Shown here: positions 10,959 to 24,800 of the stretch, in pieces
How the letters are laid out: every line of letters starts with the position of its first letter
How positions within the stretch are numbered: the stretch's first letter is position 1
NCBI GenBank assembly: GCA_051546255.1
Contig: CP128815.1
Span: forward strand, 1-64,000
Length of the DNA: 64,000 nt
Reading direction: 5' to 3'
Source: Meyerozyma guilliermondii
Lineage: Eukaryota
The notes under the pieces: model-generated
Database searches by the model: none
What the model was told of the DNA's origin: nothing
Seen by the model: the letters and a program-made list of their open reading frames with translations, nothing else
Translations under genes and position numbers: made by a program

Positions 10959-12155
10959 ATAACCGGAATTATTATCTTCATTCTTCCAATCATGCCCGCG
11001 TTTCGCGGGGTGCATAATCTATGCATAATCTCCGTCCCATCAGAATACAGCGCAACAGGTTTCCTTTTCAGAAATCCGTCTAGCTTAAAAAGCATACATC
11101 TCCTTCATTCTAAGACAGAATACGATTAAAGCCCGAGGAGGTCTGCGATATTGTAGGACGCAATTTCAGTTTGGAAATGCCTTGGTTTCGTGACGGTGGT
11201 TGGTGCACTTCTAATACATCATAGGTGGTTTCCAGGTCACATCGGAATAGGATTGTTTGGTTATGTTTTCTTGCAATGATTACTCAGGAGGGGACAATAT
11301 ATCAAAATTGCAAAATTTTGTAGAATTCAAAAATATCATTTTTTGACTATAATTATATACTAAACATCTTACCACCGAAAATTTCCAGTACGTCCCAACA
11401 GAAGTGTGTTACCTTTTGCCAGTTTCAGCCTTGAAATGGCTACGAAATTGCTCAAAGAGATAAATGCAGATTATAGAAAGTCCAGTAGTCAAGCAACTTG
11501 TATTATTCAGTTCTCGTTTTGACGAGCTGAGCATTTTGAATTAAAATAGCAACAGTATTGGTATCGAATTGTGAGTTCGGTGAGTAAGAGACATTGTACT
11601 AGCATCATTCTATATTGCATAAACTTCCCGTCTCAATATATCCAAGCATTGCATGTCTTCCGCTACCCTATTGGGTGCAAATCTGGCACAAAACAGGAAA
11701 TGCCATTATCATTAAAATTCAAGTCGAGACTTTTGTTTCGCCGGAACGTTTCTCGTCGTAGAATCGCAGCATTAATTCGTCGTCATCACTTTGCAATCTG
11801 AGGAAGAAAAGTAGCAGAGTGATTCCTGAATTTGAACTTCCTTGTTGACTCTTGGCTCTTTGGTTGATGAGAGAGTCCGTCACCTCTTGTTTAAAAGTGA
11901 ACAAAGGTCTAGTGATCCATGCTAATTTTTCTAATATAACTTGATTACCGAAGGTGTCAAATTGACATATTTTATAGTTTTCCGCATTGGGTATGACATG
12001 ATGCAAGATTATGCACGGCGGAAACGCTCGTCCTGAGGTTGCAACCAAAGGAATCAGCATAAAAGAAAGTAACTTTGATGTTTAGTCCACCCTTCGTTAC
12101 TTAATTTTAATCTGTTACTTCTCATTTTTGGAAACTTGGCCAGGACTATTCAAGT

Positions 12156-13994
12156 TCATTGCAGCACACCCTCTCTGCTTTTTTGCAGCAATTTGGTCAA
12201 CTCTGCGTCCAGCGGTAATTCCACCTTCATATCTGGTTTTTGAACTTTCACAGATTGACCGAATACAAGGCATGCATATTTGACCTTGGAATTTGCGCCA
12301 ATACGACCCACCAATTCTGGGAGGAGAACCTTCGACGACAATATATTCGTGTTTGGCTCTGGAGTGCAAACAAGAGCCTCTCTATTATTACCCAAATCAA
12401 CAATCTCGCTGAAATCATCTTCTGTACTAGCCGTAGCGACATTTTCTTCAGCGACTTGTTTGACAGAGTTCTTCTTGTTCACTGAGATTGCAAAACCTCC
12501 TTCTCTAGTGTTGACTATGGAACTCGTCTGATTCTCAATATAGTGTATTCTGATATGATACAGTTCCTTAGGAATAATCCAGGACTCCACTGTGATTCCT
12601 TCTGTAGGAATCCACTCGGATTTTAGGAGATTATTACTCACAAAAGCTCTATAATTCTGTCTCACTAAGAAGTCTTGGTTGTTGAAGCTGAAGCCGAGAG
12701 AATTATCCAAATGAGCTAGTTGGAATGTTCTTGAGTTGCTAACAACCCCGAAACCAAATCGGGTTGAGTATGCAAATTTTGTGTACTTTTCGTTCTGGTA
12801 CTCATCATGCCAAGGTCCATTTATAAGTGCAATCGTATTACCTGGAGAATGGCTAATTGACATTCCGGCCACAGAGAGCAATTTTGTATTATTTTGGGTA
12901 AAATACCAATTCAATTCAACAGGTTCCGATTTCCAAAATGGATGATCTTCACTGAGCATAAGTCCTGAAAAGCCCTTGAACGACCAGTATGGAGATTGTG
13001 GAGAATTGTACCTTTCCATCATATAACCGTTGGGATAAGAATATCCAAGTGAAAGAAAATTTGCACCAAATTCGTTGATAGGTTGTGTGGACCACCATTG
13101 AAGACTCTTAAGGTACAAACTTTTCATTACACCCCAAGGAATTTCAGGCTCTTTCTGAGGGTCCAAAGCTAGAGGTAACAACCCCCAGAAGCCAGAAGTA
13201 GCAAAGCGGTAAATCAATGATCTTCCATATGGAATACATGCGCCATTATCATCAAACCAGTGGATATACTGCTGAGCAAAAAGAGTTGCACGTTCTAGGT
13301 AGTTGTTGCACCTTTCGGGATCTTTGTCTTTCATGACTATGGTGTAGATTAGTCCATAGAAATGGAACGCCAATGCGTTGTAGTTGTCGATTCTGTGTGG
13401 TTTTCCATCTCCATACCAGCCGTCGCCAAGATAAAGCAGATCCAAATCTTCGAGATAATTTGTTGTGCCCCTCTTGTCGTACTTTACACCAACACTATCG
13501 AGACCTAGATCGACTATCACACGGAAAAACTTCCAATTGTTATGGCAATATGTCTTTGACCTTGCTTTCAAAAGGTAGTCTCCAACTCCCAATTTTTCAT
13601 TTTCGTTCAATGGCTCCCAAATATGCTCAGGCACAAAACACAAGGCAAATCCAATCGCCGCAAGGTCCACCAACAATTGGTCGTAGTCATTGGGGTATCC
13701 CCAGAACTCTTTGTGATGAGGATTTGTTCCATTCACTAGTCCTCGACGATACAAGTCCCAATGGCCAAAATTTCCTCCACCGTACTGGTAAGGCACAATT
13801 CCCCACAACGGCCTCAGATAGCCTTCAAACTCGGCAGCAGCTTCCAGGCAAGTTGACCCCAGCTCGCTAACTCTCGATCTTGCTCCGCCCGGCAGGAATG
13901 TGGAGATCAAAGGTTCCGTGAGTTCATCAAATGCTTTGCGAAGGTCGCTGGGTCCAGCAAGTTTATTTTCGTTCCATATGGTAAAAGGTGACAT
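12156..13994 (-). CDS. DUF2264 protein (GH154-like putative beta-glucuronidase), no signal peptide
   Basis: EGYLRPLWG, GTNP..EFWG, DQLLVD, NNWKFF, YLGDGWYGDG, FHFYGL, PYGRSLIYRFA, YNSPQSPYWSFK, KYTKFAYS motifs. Confidence 0.85.
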   Translation of the reverse strand: MSPFTIWNENKLAGPSDLRKAFDELTEPLISTFLPGGARSRVSELGSTCLEAAAEFEGYLRPLWGIVPYQYGGGNFGHWDLYRRGLVNGTNPHHKEFWGYPNDYDQLLVDLAAIGFALCFVPEHIWEPLNENEKLGVGDYLLKARSKTYCHNNWKFFRVIVDLGLDSVGVKYDKRGTTNYLEDLDLLYLGDGWYGDGKPHRIDNYNALAFHFYGLIYTIVMKDKDPERCNNYLERATLFAQQYIHWFDDNGACIPYGRSLIYRFATSGFWGLLPLALDPQKEPEIPWGVMKSLYLKSLQWWSTQPINEFGANFLSLGYSYPNGYMMERYNSPQSPYWSFKGFSGLMLSEDHPFWKSEPVELNWYFTQNNTKLLSVAGMSISHSPGNTIALINGPWHDEYQNEKYTKFAYSTRFGFGVVSNSRTFQLAHLDNSLGFSFNNQDFLVRQNYRAFVSNNLLKSEWIPTEGITVESWIIPKELYHIRIHYIENQTSSIVNTREGGFAISVNKKNSVKQVAEENVATASTEDDFSEIVDLGNNREALVCTPEPNTNILSSKVLLPELVGRIGANSKVKYACLVFGQSVKVQKPDMKVELPLDAELTKLLQKSREGVLQ

Positions 13995-14074
13995 GGGTTA
14001 TTGTGAGAATCCAAATTGACGCATTAATAACTAGTGAAAATTGGCTGGTGTACCCCACACTTTTTTCATGCAAG

Positions 14075-14087
14075 ATTTTGGTGGGGG
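14075..14087 (+). promoter_or_regulatory. ATTTTGGTGGGGG motif (Mig1/CreA-type GC box) upstream of the DUF2264 gene
   Basis: Fits AT-rich + SYGGRG; exact reverse complement at 18782-18794. Confidence 0.55.
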
Positions 14088-14121
14088 CGGGGTCGCACAA
14101 TTTTAGCTGCAAATAGATTAA

Positions 14122-15402
14122 TCAGTCAAGTTGGATATGTAAGAGAATAACGTATCTAGTGTTCGTTCCGGTGGCACGGCCGTCACCGGTGTTTTCTTCG
14201 GGAGCTTCTCTTTGCAAAATGTGGATGTTTTCGGAGTACCTGTCAATCAATGGTTCCCCATCAAGCTTGTCAAACGATGCAACGACGGTCCACTGAGCAC
14301 CCAAATCTTGAATATTTGATTTAACAATCACAAACTTGTGGTTTTGAAGGGGCAGAAATGCATATACAGTGTCTTCTTTGACCAACAATTTCCCCCGAGC
14401 ACCAAAGAGGACCGCAGCATAATCATTGATTCTACGTTTCGCCCATACTCCATCTTTGAAATAATGATAGTAGTAACCATTCTCTCGCCCTAGAACATGT
14501 ACCCGATTTTTCGTATCGACAAATTGACCTTCCTGGTTCATAATACCAGAAAACTTTGGAATCTCCACCACAAGAGTATCTTGCGAAACGTCAACTGGAA
14601 CGGACAATTTCTTCCCTACAGAATTGTACCAGGTGACTCCTTCATCTACAGAATACATGTAGTGGAGATCATGGTTATTTTCGGGACCATTGGGTCCAGC
14701 TTGCAGAGTTGTTTTGTCATCACTTCTATCATCAACATAATCTCTGTAAGTCCAAGTAACATGTAGAATTTTGTTCTTATAGTCAAACCCATGCAAATAT
14801 GCATTATTTTCAACTCCTTTGATGTAAATGCCAATCTCGCTCCACTTGTGTGTATCTCTGCTGAAGCGATATATACAACAGTCACCAAGACCTGATCTTC
14901 CCGATCTGAATTCCAAGAGCAAATCTCCACTTTCCAAGGTTTGAAACCTAGGATAGGTTATTTCCCCAAATTGAAAGGCCATGTTTTCACCTTCAAGTTC
15001 TGTCAATACTGGACCAAATAAATCCGTGGTCCATTCAAGCTTAAGGGGATTGTTGGCTACATCCACTTTAGACTGTCTATAATGTATCTCATCGCCATGC
15101 ATGTCCCAAGCCATATGAATGATTCCATCTCCACTGATTCCCAAAGATATTATATTGTGGCCATCATCTTTAGTTTGAATGTAATCTTTGAAAATTATGA
15201 AACTCCACGGCAGTTTTGTTTTGGGGTTTCTTCTTCCAATTGAAGTAACCCTGGGCCCATCAGGATCAGTTTGGTCTTTTGGTTGGTATAAAACCACATA
15301 CTGGAAACCGTTATATGTCATGATAGCATCCTGCTGAAATGAACAACAGTTGATTCTCCACCCGTTTGGATCGACAGCAAGTCTGGTTAGTTCGATATTC
15401 AT
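14122..15402 (-). CDS. BNR_4 beta-propeller; PL42/GH145-like L-rhamnose-alpha-1,4-glucuronate lyase/rhamnosidase candidate, no signal peptide
   Basis: SFQQDAI, DDGHN.ISLG, HMAWDMH, TYPRF, FRSGRSG, NAYLHG, WTYRD, NHDLHYMYS.D.G.TW Asp-box, IMNQEGQ. Confidence 0.8.
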   Translation of the reverse strand: MNIELTRLAVDPNGWRINCCSFQQDAIMTYNGFQYVVLYQPKDQTDPDGPRVTSIGRRNPKTKLPWSFIIFKDYIQTKDDGHNIISLGISGDGIIHMAWDMHGDEIHYRQSKVDVANNPLKLEWTTDLFGPVLTELEGENMAFQFGEITYPRFQTLESGDLLLEFRSGRSGLGDCCIYRFSRDTHKWSEIGIYIKGVENNAYLHGFDYKNKILHVTWTYRDYVDDRSDDKTTLQAGPNGPENNHDLHYMYSVDEGVTWYNSVGKKLSVPVDVSQDTLVVEIPKFSGIMNQEGQFVDTKNRVHVLGRENGYYYHYFKDGVWAKRRINDYAAVLFGARGKLLVKEDTVYAFLPLQNHKFVIVKSNIQDLGAQWTVVASFDKLDGEPLIDRYSENIHILQREAPEENTGDGRATGTNTRYVILLHIQLD

Positions 15403-15508
15403 GAGATTGAAGAAGTGAGTTGAAGAAGTGGGACTTTAAAGTGGGACTTCTTCAATTTGTCGAGTATGCACGATAACAATGCGCCGCATGATGCAGCCGC
15501 ATGAGCAG

Positions 15509-15521
15509 AAAATGGTGGGGG
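15509..15521 (+). promoter_or_regulatory. AAAATGGTGGGGG motif in the divergent BNR_4/beta-galactosidase promoter
   Basis: Same GC-box type as at 14075 and 18782/18849. Confidence 0.5.
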
Positions 15522-15575
15522 AGTGCGGAAAGTTATTCCACCGCCCCCATTACCTGTATGTGATGCCCCTCATGA

Positions 15576-18659
<3,084 letters not shown>

Positions 18660-18781
18660 ATACTCATATTTTTTAAGAGCTTTTTTAATTTTCAAAATTT
18701 ACAAACCTGATTTGCAGCTTGCAATTCGAGAATGAATGACTACGGTGATCAAGCTCCGGCTTCCAGATCCTTTGCTCGTCT

Positions 18782-18862
18782 CCCCCACCAAAATTAGCGG
18801 TTGCATACTCGAGGTCTGCGGGGTGCATCGGCGCTCGTATTTACCCCACCCCCACCAAAAAT
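18782..18862 (-). promoter_or_regulatory. Two copies of the GGTGGGGG GC-box motif upstream of the transporter
   Basis: CCCCCACCAAAAT at 18782-18794 and CCCCCACCAAAAAT at 18849-18862. Confidence 0.55.
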
Positions 18863-18952
18863 TACAATTGCACCAAAACTACGACAATTCATGCTGGTCT
18901 CCTCATTAGTTGCAATTATAAAGCGATGGATAATGGTCCCAATTCCAATACA

Positions 18953-20575
18953 ATGTCCCAGTCTTCTACTGCTGATAAAGCTCAAGTTATGGTTTCCGTT
19001 GCTTCCCCTACTGATCTGAATCCTGCTGGGGCTACCAGATTGGAAGATGTCATTCCACAACTTGATAAGCCGTGGTATCGCTACGGATGGTTGCTACAGT
19101 TGAACATATTCCTTTTGGGTGGTATTTTGGCTCAAGTTACTTCGGGATACGACGGTTCGATGATGAACTCGTTGCAATCATTACCTAGTTGGCAAGAGTA
19201 TTTCAACCATCCTACTGGTTCCAAGTTGTCTACTATGAGTAATGGTATTGCAATTGGTACATTGGTATCGATTCCATTCACGTGGTGGTTGTGTGATTTC
19301 TTTGGAAGAAGAATTACTATAATAATGGGTTGTACTGTGGTCATCATAGGCGCCATTATCCAGGGTGTAGCGAAGAATTTTGGAATGTTCACCGGAGCCA
19401 GAATTTTATTAGGGGTTGGTTCATGTTTAGCTTCCGCTGCGGCGTCGCCATTATTAGCAGAAACAGCTTACCCTAAACATCGTCCAGCAGTCACAGCATT
19501 ATTGCTCGCATCTTGGCCATTAGGTTCTTTCACGGCTGCCTTGGTCACCTGGGGCCCATACCATTCTTCCATGAAAACGAACAATTGGTCGTGGAGAATC
19601 CCCAGTTTGATCCAGTGCTTCTACCCAGCTATTCAATTGGTTATTTCTATCTTTGGACCCGAATCTCCAAGGTGGTTGATTAACAAAGGACGGGAAGAAG
19701 AAGCCCGCAAGTTTTTTGTCAAGTACCATGCTGGTGGAGACGAAGCGTCAGCCTTGGTTGCATTTGAGCTAGCAGAGATCAAGGCGATCATTGAAAAGGA
19801 AAAAGTTCAAATTCTGAGCAATTTCACCCAATGGTTCAGATCCAAACAACGTCTTAGAAGATTTTTCATTGTCTGTGCCGTTCCCATGATGGCCCAATTG
19901 TGTGGAAATGCTCTTATTTCTTATTACTTGTCCATTGTGTTGAGAAACATCGGCATTACCGACGCTAACGACCAGCTCAAAATCAACATTGGTATGACAG
20001 TTTATGGTCTTGTTTGGGCAGTTGTTGTCGGGATAAATGTTGACAGGTTCCCAAGAAAAACCATGTTCATTGGAGGCTACATCTTGATGTGCATAACCTA
20101 TGTCATTTGGACAATTCTTTCAGCCATCAACCAGCAACAAGACTTTAAGAACAAAGGTTTGGGCAAAGGTGTGGTTGCAATGATCTACCTATTTTCAGGA
20201 TTCTACCACATTGCCTCACCTGTCTCCTCCACTTATGTGATGGAAGTTTGTCCCTATCACTTGAGAGCCCAAGGCTCAACAATATACCAACTTGCTGGTA
20301 ATGTCATTGGCTTCTTCAACAATTACGTGAACAACATTGCCATGGAGGCAATAAAGTGGAAATACTATATTGTGTGGTGTGTTTGGTTGGTGGTCCAGAT
20401 GGGTATAGTCTACTTTATTTTCCCTGAAACCAGAGGATTGGGTTTGGAGGAAGTTGCCCAGGTGTTTGGTGAGGATATTTCCGACGGCTATGCAGCTGGC
20501 GAGAATGCTCTTCATTATGGCATCGACGACACAATTCCCAAGCCAAGTGTGTCTCACGACAGCAAGAGAGTTTAA
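18953..20575 (+). CDS. Sugar porter of the LAC12/cellodextrin-transporter subfamily
   Basis: GYDGSMMNSLQ, FGRR, WSWRIPSL.Q, PESPRWL, Q.CGNALISYYL, FPETRG..LEEV. The upstream ATG at 18926 lies right next to the TATAAA, so 18953 is the likelier start. Confidence 0.9.
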   Translation: MSQSSTADKAQVMVSVASPTDLNPAGATRLEDVIPQLDKPWYRYGWLLQLNIFLLGGILAQVTSGYDGSMMNSLQSLPSWQEYFNHPTGSKLSTMSNGIAIGTLVSIPFTWWLCDFFGRRITIIMGCTVVIIGAIIQGVAKNFGMFTGARILLGVGSCLASAAASPLLAETAYPKHRPAVTALLLASWPLGSFTAALVTWGPYHSSMKTNNWSWRIPSLIQCFYPAIQLVISIFGPESPRWLINKGREEEARKFFVKYHAGGDEASALVAFELAEIKAIIEKEKVQILSNFTQWFRSKQRLRRFFIVCAVPMMAQLCGNALISYYLSIVLRNIGITDANDQLKINIGMTVYGLVWAVVVGINVDRFPRKTMFIGGYILMCITYVIWTILSAINQQQDFKNKGLGKGVVAMIYLFSGFYHIASPVSSTYVMEVCPYHLRAQGSTIYQLAGNVIGFFNNYVNNIAMEAIKWKYYIVWCVWLVVQMGIVYFIFPETRGLGLEEVAQVFGEDISDGYAAGENALHYGIDDTIPKPSVSHDSKRV

Positions 20576-21882
20576 TGTAATGAATGTCAAAATTATTAAA
20601 TCACGAAATAGACTTGACTTAGAATGTAGAACAGTGTTCCTCGCTTGGATTGTTGCAAAAATTTTTTTGGGTGAATTCTCGTCTTGCGCTCATATATACA
20701 TGTTCCTTGCTTCTGCTCACATAAATGCCGTTAATGGCTCCAGGACCCTCGGATCTCCAATGGTTTAGAAGCGCAGCTGCAGATATATGCAGCGAACAAA
20801 ATGCAACCGCAGCGTATCCGGTACTCATGACATTAAATTTCATCTAGTGCCATATTGCAACTATACAATAATCTAACTAGTGTACAATTGTATCAATCAA
20901 CAATATCATTCTTATATGATATTCTTAGTGCGATATTCGTTGTCTCGTAAATAGTTACTGCGTATAGTTCCGGAACATACAGCCGTTTCGGAAGTATCAT
21001 ACGGTTCGGGTTGTAGTGGCATCCGAACCGACAGACGATACGCGCGGCGACCGACAGAGATAATGTGGAAGTGCTCGCTAAAACATACAGTACAGCCACA
21101 GCTGGTCAGATCATGTAGGGTCCGGAAGTTACTTAGTATCCGATGGGTTGCGCTTACGCTATCATAATTTGAGAGATCCCATAATCTCCGTGCGATAGAT
21201 GAAAATGATAAGAAATGAATGCAAACCGTAATGGAAATATCAAGTAGAAAGTAGCAAGTAAGTTTTCAGTATACTGATCTACGAAATGAATTAATTGGTT
21301 TTGAGGCTCAGCCACTCGGGTTCGGAAGATCCACTGTCCCTGACGTCTTTTTAATCTTCAGCCTCACCAATGCGCGGCATGGGCACCTTCCGAAGATCCG
21401 TAAACTGTCCCTTGGACACACCACCTGCAGGACAGCGATGGTGTTGGCTTTGGCTAGCCCAAAATAACCACTAGGAATGGTCATTGCAGGGCTAGTGAAA
21501 CACATGGTAGATACTATGTGGACCATGTAACTAGCTCTGGTTGAAACGGCTACAAAAATTTGTATTTGCTATTAATTATTTTGTTCTCTTCGTCCCCACA
21601 AAGATGTCTCATCGAAAGAAGGCTTGAGTGCGCCGCATTATTATGCAAGTTGTGTACGCATGCGCACTAAACCTAAACATATTGCTGCAACCGCATCCAA
21701 CCACCGCACTTAACATGCTATCGGCTTTCGGAACTTATGTTCGGCTGATTGCAATTTTCTTTTCCATCGTATTTCATAGAATGATTACTATGTGTGAGTT
21801 GCATTTAAAAGTAGCGCCACTCGTGCACTTTCAGTATAAATATATCTGTCAACTGCAGGTGTACACCAAACGCTAAAAAAGG

Positions 21883-24800
21883 ATGTCACCGAGCAAAGAG
21901 TACAAGGATTCCAGGTACTCGAATGCTAACGAAGAGGTAGAGGAGTATCAGGGTTTTGATGATGCTGCTGACAAGTCGATTAGAGAATTGGCTCGTACCA
22001 TCACCAATACCAGTATTAACATGTCTAAAACAAAAAGCAGTGAGGACCTCATTAGATACTTGAGTCATATGTCCCAGGTTCCTGGTGTTGAACCCTACAA
22101 TCATGAAGAAATTGAGGAAAGTCTCAACCCAGAATCTGATATGTTTAATGCCAAATTTTGGGTGAAAAATGTCAGAAAGTTGTTTGATTCCGACCCAGAT
22201 TATTACAAGCCCACATCGTTGGGAGTGGCTTACCGTGACTTGAGAGCCTATGGTATTGCTACCGACTCCGATTACCAACCCACCGTTACTTCTGCTTTGT
22301 TCAAGCTTGGTAAAGATTACATCAGATCGTTGAGAAAGCAAGATCCTTCGATCTACTTTGATATCTTGAAAAATATGGACGCTATAATGAAGCCTGGTGA
22401 AGTCACCGTTGTACTTGGTAGACCTGGTTCGGGTTGTTCCACCTTGTTGAAGACAATTGCTGCCCACACCTACGGTTTCCATCTTGGAGAAGAGAGTAAA
22501 ATCACCTATGATGGTTTGACCATGAAGGATATCGAGAACAATTTCCGAGGTGATGTGATCTACTCTGCAGAAACCGATGTTCATTTTCCTCATTTGTCGG
22601 TGGGAGATACTTTGGAGTTTGCTTCTCGTTTGAGAACCCCTCAGAACAGAGGTAATGTCGATAGAGAAACCTATGCTAAGCACATGGCTAGCGTCTACAT
22701 GGCCACCTACGGTTTGTCCCACACTCGTAACACTCACGTTGGTAACGATTTCATCAGAGGTGTCTCGGGTGGTGAACGTAAGCGTGTGTCGATTGCCGAG
22801 GTTTCTTTGAGTGGTGCTAACTTACAATGTTGGGATAACGCTACCAGAGGTTTGGACTCTGCCACAGCTCTTGAATTTATTAGAGCATTGAAGACTTCTG
22901 CCACCATTCTTGACTCTACACCTTTGATTGCTATTTACCAATGTTCGCAAGACGCATACGACTTGTTTGACAATGTGGTTGTGTTGTATGAAGGTAGACA
23001 AATTTTCTTCGGTAAGGCAGATGTTGCAAAGAGCTACTTTATGGAAATGGGATACGATTGTCCTCAACGTCAAACCACCGCTGATTACTTGACATCATTG
23101 ACCAATCCTGAAGAAAGAGTGGTGTTCCCAGGTTACGAAGATAAGGTTCCAAGAACATCAGTAGAATTTGAGGAATACTGGAAAAAGTCTCCACAATACG
23201 CTGCTTTGATCAAAGAAATTGATGAACATATGGCTAAAATTGAAGGTAACAACCATAAAGAGGTCTACCACAACTCGCATGTTGCCAGACAATCTAATCA
23301 CATTTCTCCAAGATCTCCTTACACTGTTTCTTTCTTCATGCAAACCAAATATATCATGCAAAGAAACATCATGAGATTCAAGGGTGATCCTTCGATTCCT
23401 ATTTTCTCCGTTTTTGGTCAGTTGGTTATGGGTTTGATTATTTCTTCCGTGTTTTACAATCTTAACCAAACTACTTCCTCCTTTTATTACCGTGGTGCCG
23501 CTATGTTCTTCGCTGTGTTGTTCAATGCCTTTGCTTCCTTACTTGAGATTATGTCTCTTTTCGAGGCTAGACCCATCGTCGAGAAGCATAAGAAATACGC
23601 TTTATACCGTCCAGCTGCAGATGCTCTAGCGAGTATTATTACCGAGTTGCCTGTGAAGTTGACGATGTCCATGTCATTCAACTTTGTCTTTTACTTTATG
23701 GTCAACTTTAGACGGAACCCAGGTCGTTTCTTCTTCTACTGGTTAATGTGTGGTGTTTGTACCTTGGTTATGTCTCATATGTTCCGTTCTTTGGGTGCCG
23801 TTTCCACTTCTTTGGCAGGAGCTATGACTCCAGCAACTGTCATTTTGTTAGCCATGGTTATCTACACTGGTTTTGTCATTCCTACCCCTAAAATGTTGGG
23901 ATGGAGTAGATGGATCAATTACATCAATCCTGTCGGTTATGTTTTCGAAGCATTGATGGCTAATGAGTTCAGTGGACGTGATTTTGAGTGTGCTCAGTTT
24001 GTTCCCGCAGGTGGACCATACGATAGTGTATCATTGGAAGAAAGAGTTTGTAACACTGTTGGACTGCGTGCTGGTACAACTCTCGTGCTGGGAACCCAAT
24101 ATCTTGCTGAACAATATGAGTACTATAACAGCCACAAGTGGAGAAACTTTGGTATTGCTGTTGCATTTGCGATTGTCTTTTTGTTTGTCTACATTTTGTT
24201 GACTGAGATTAACAAGGGTGCTATGCAGAAGGGTGAAGTTGTTTTGTTCTTGAGAGGATCCTTGAAGAAACACAAGAGAGAGAACGCTGCTAAAGCAAGC
24301 CATGCTAAAGATATTGAGGCTGCCCCAACCGACGAAAAAGTGGAAATGAAGGATCATTTGGACTCCCAGAAGTACAGTACTGACCACTCTTCTTCTAACA
24401 TCTTACCAGAAAACGCCAACATTTTCCACTGGAGAAATCTCACCTACGAAGTTAAAATCAAGTCTGAAACCAGGGTGATTTTGGATCACGTTGACGGATG
24501 GGTCAAGCCTGGTCAGTTGACTGCGTTAATGGGATCTTCCGGAGCTGGTAAGACCACTCTCTTGAACTGTTTGTCCGAACGTGTGACCACTGGTGTTATT
24601 TCTGATGGTGTTAGAATGGTCAATGGTCACTCATTGGATTCCTCGTTCCAGAGATCCATTGGTTATGTTCAACAACAAGATTTGCACTTGCCAACATCTA
24701 CAGTCCGTGAAGCTTTGCGTTTCTCTGCCTACTTGAGACAACCAAATTCTGTATCCAAAGCTGAAAAGAGCGACTATGTGGAGTACATTATCGATTTGTT

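Noticed and set aside
11000..12110. Long intergenic region with short ORFs, possible transposon or gene relic
   Set aside because: No transposase, RT, LTR or TIR features recognised.
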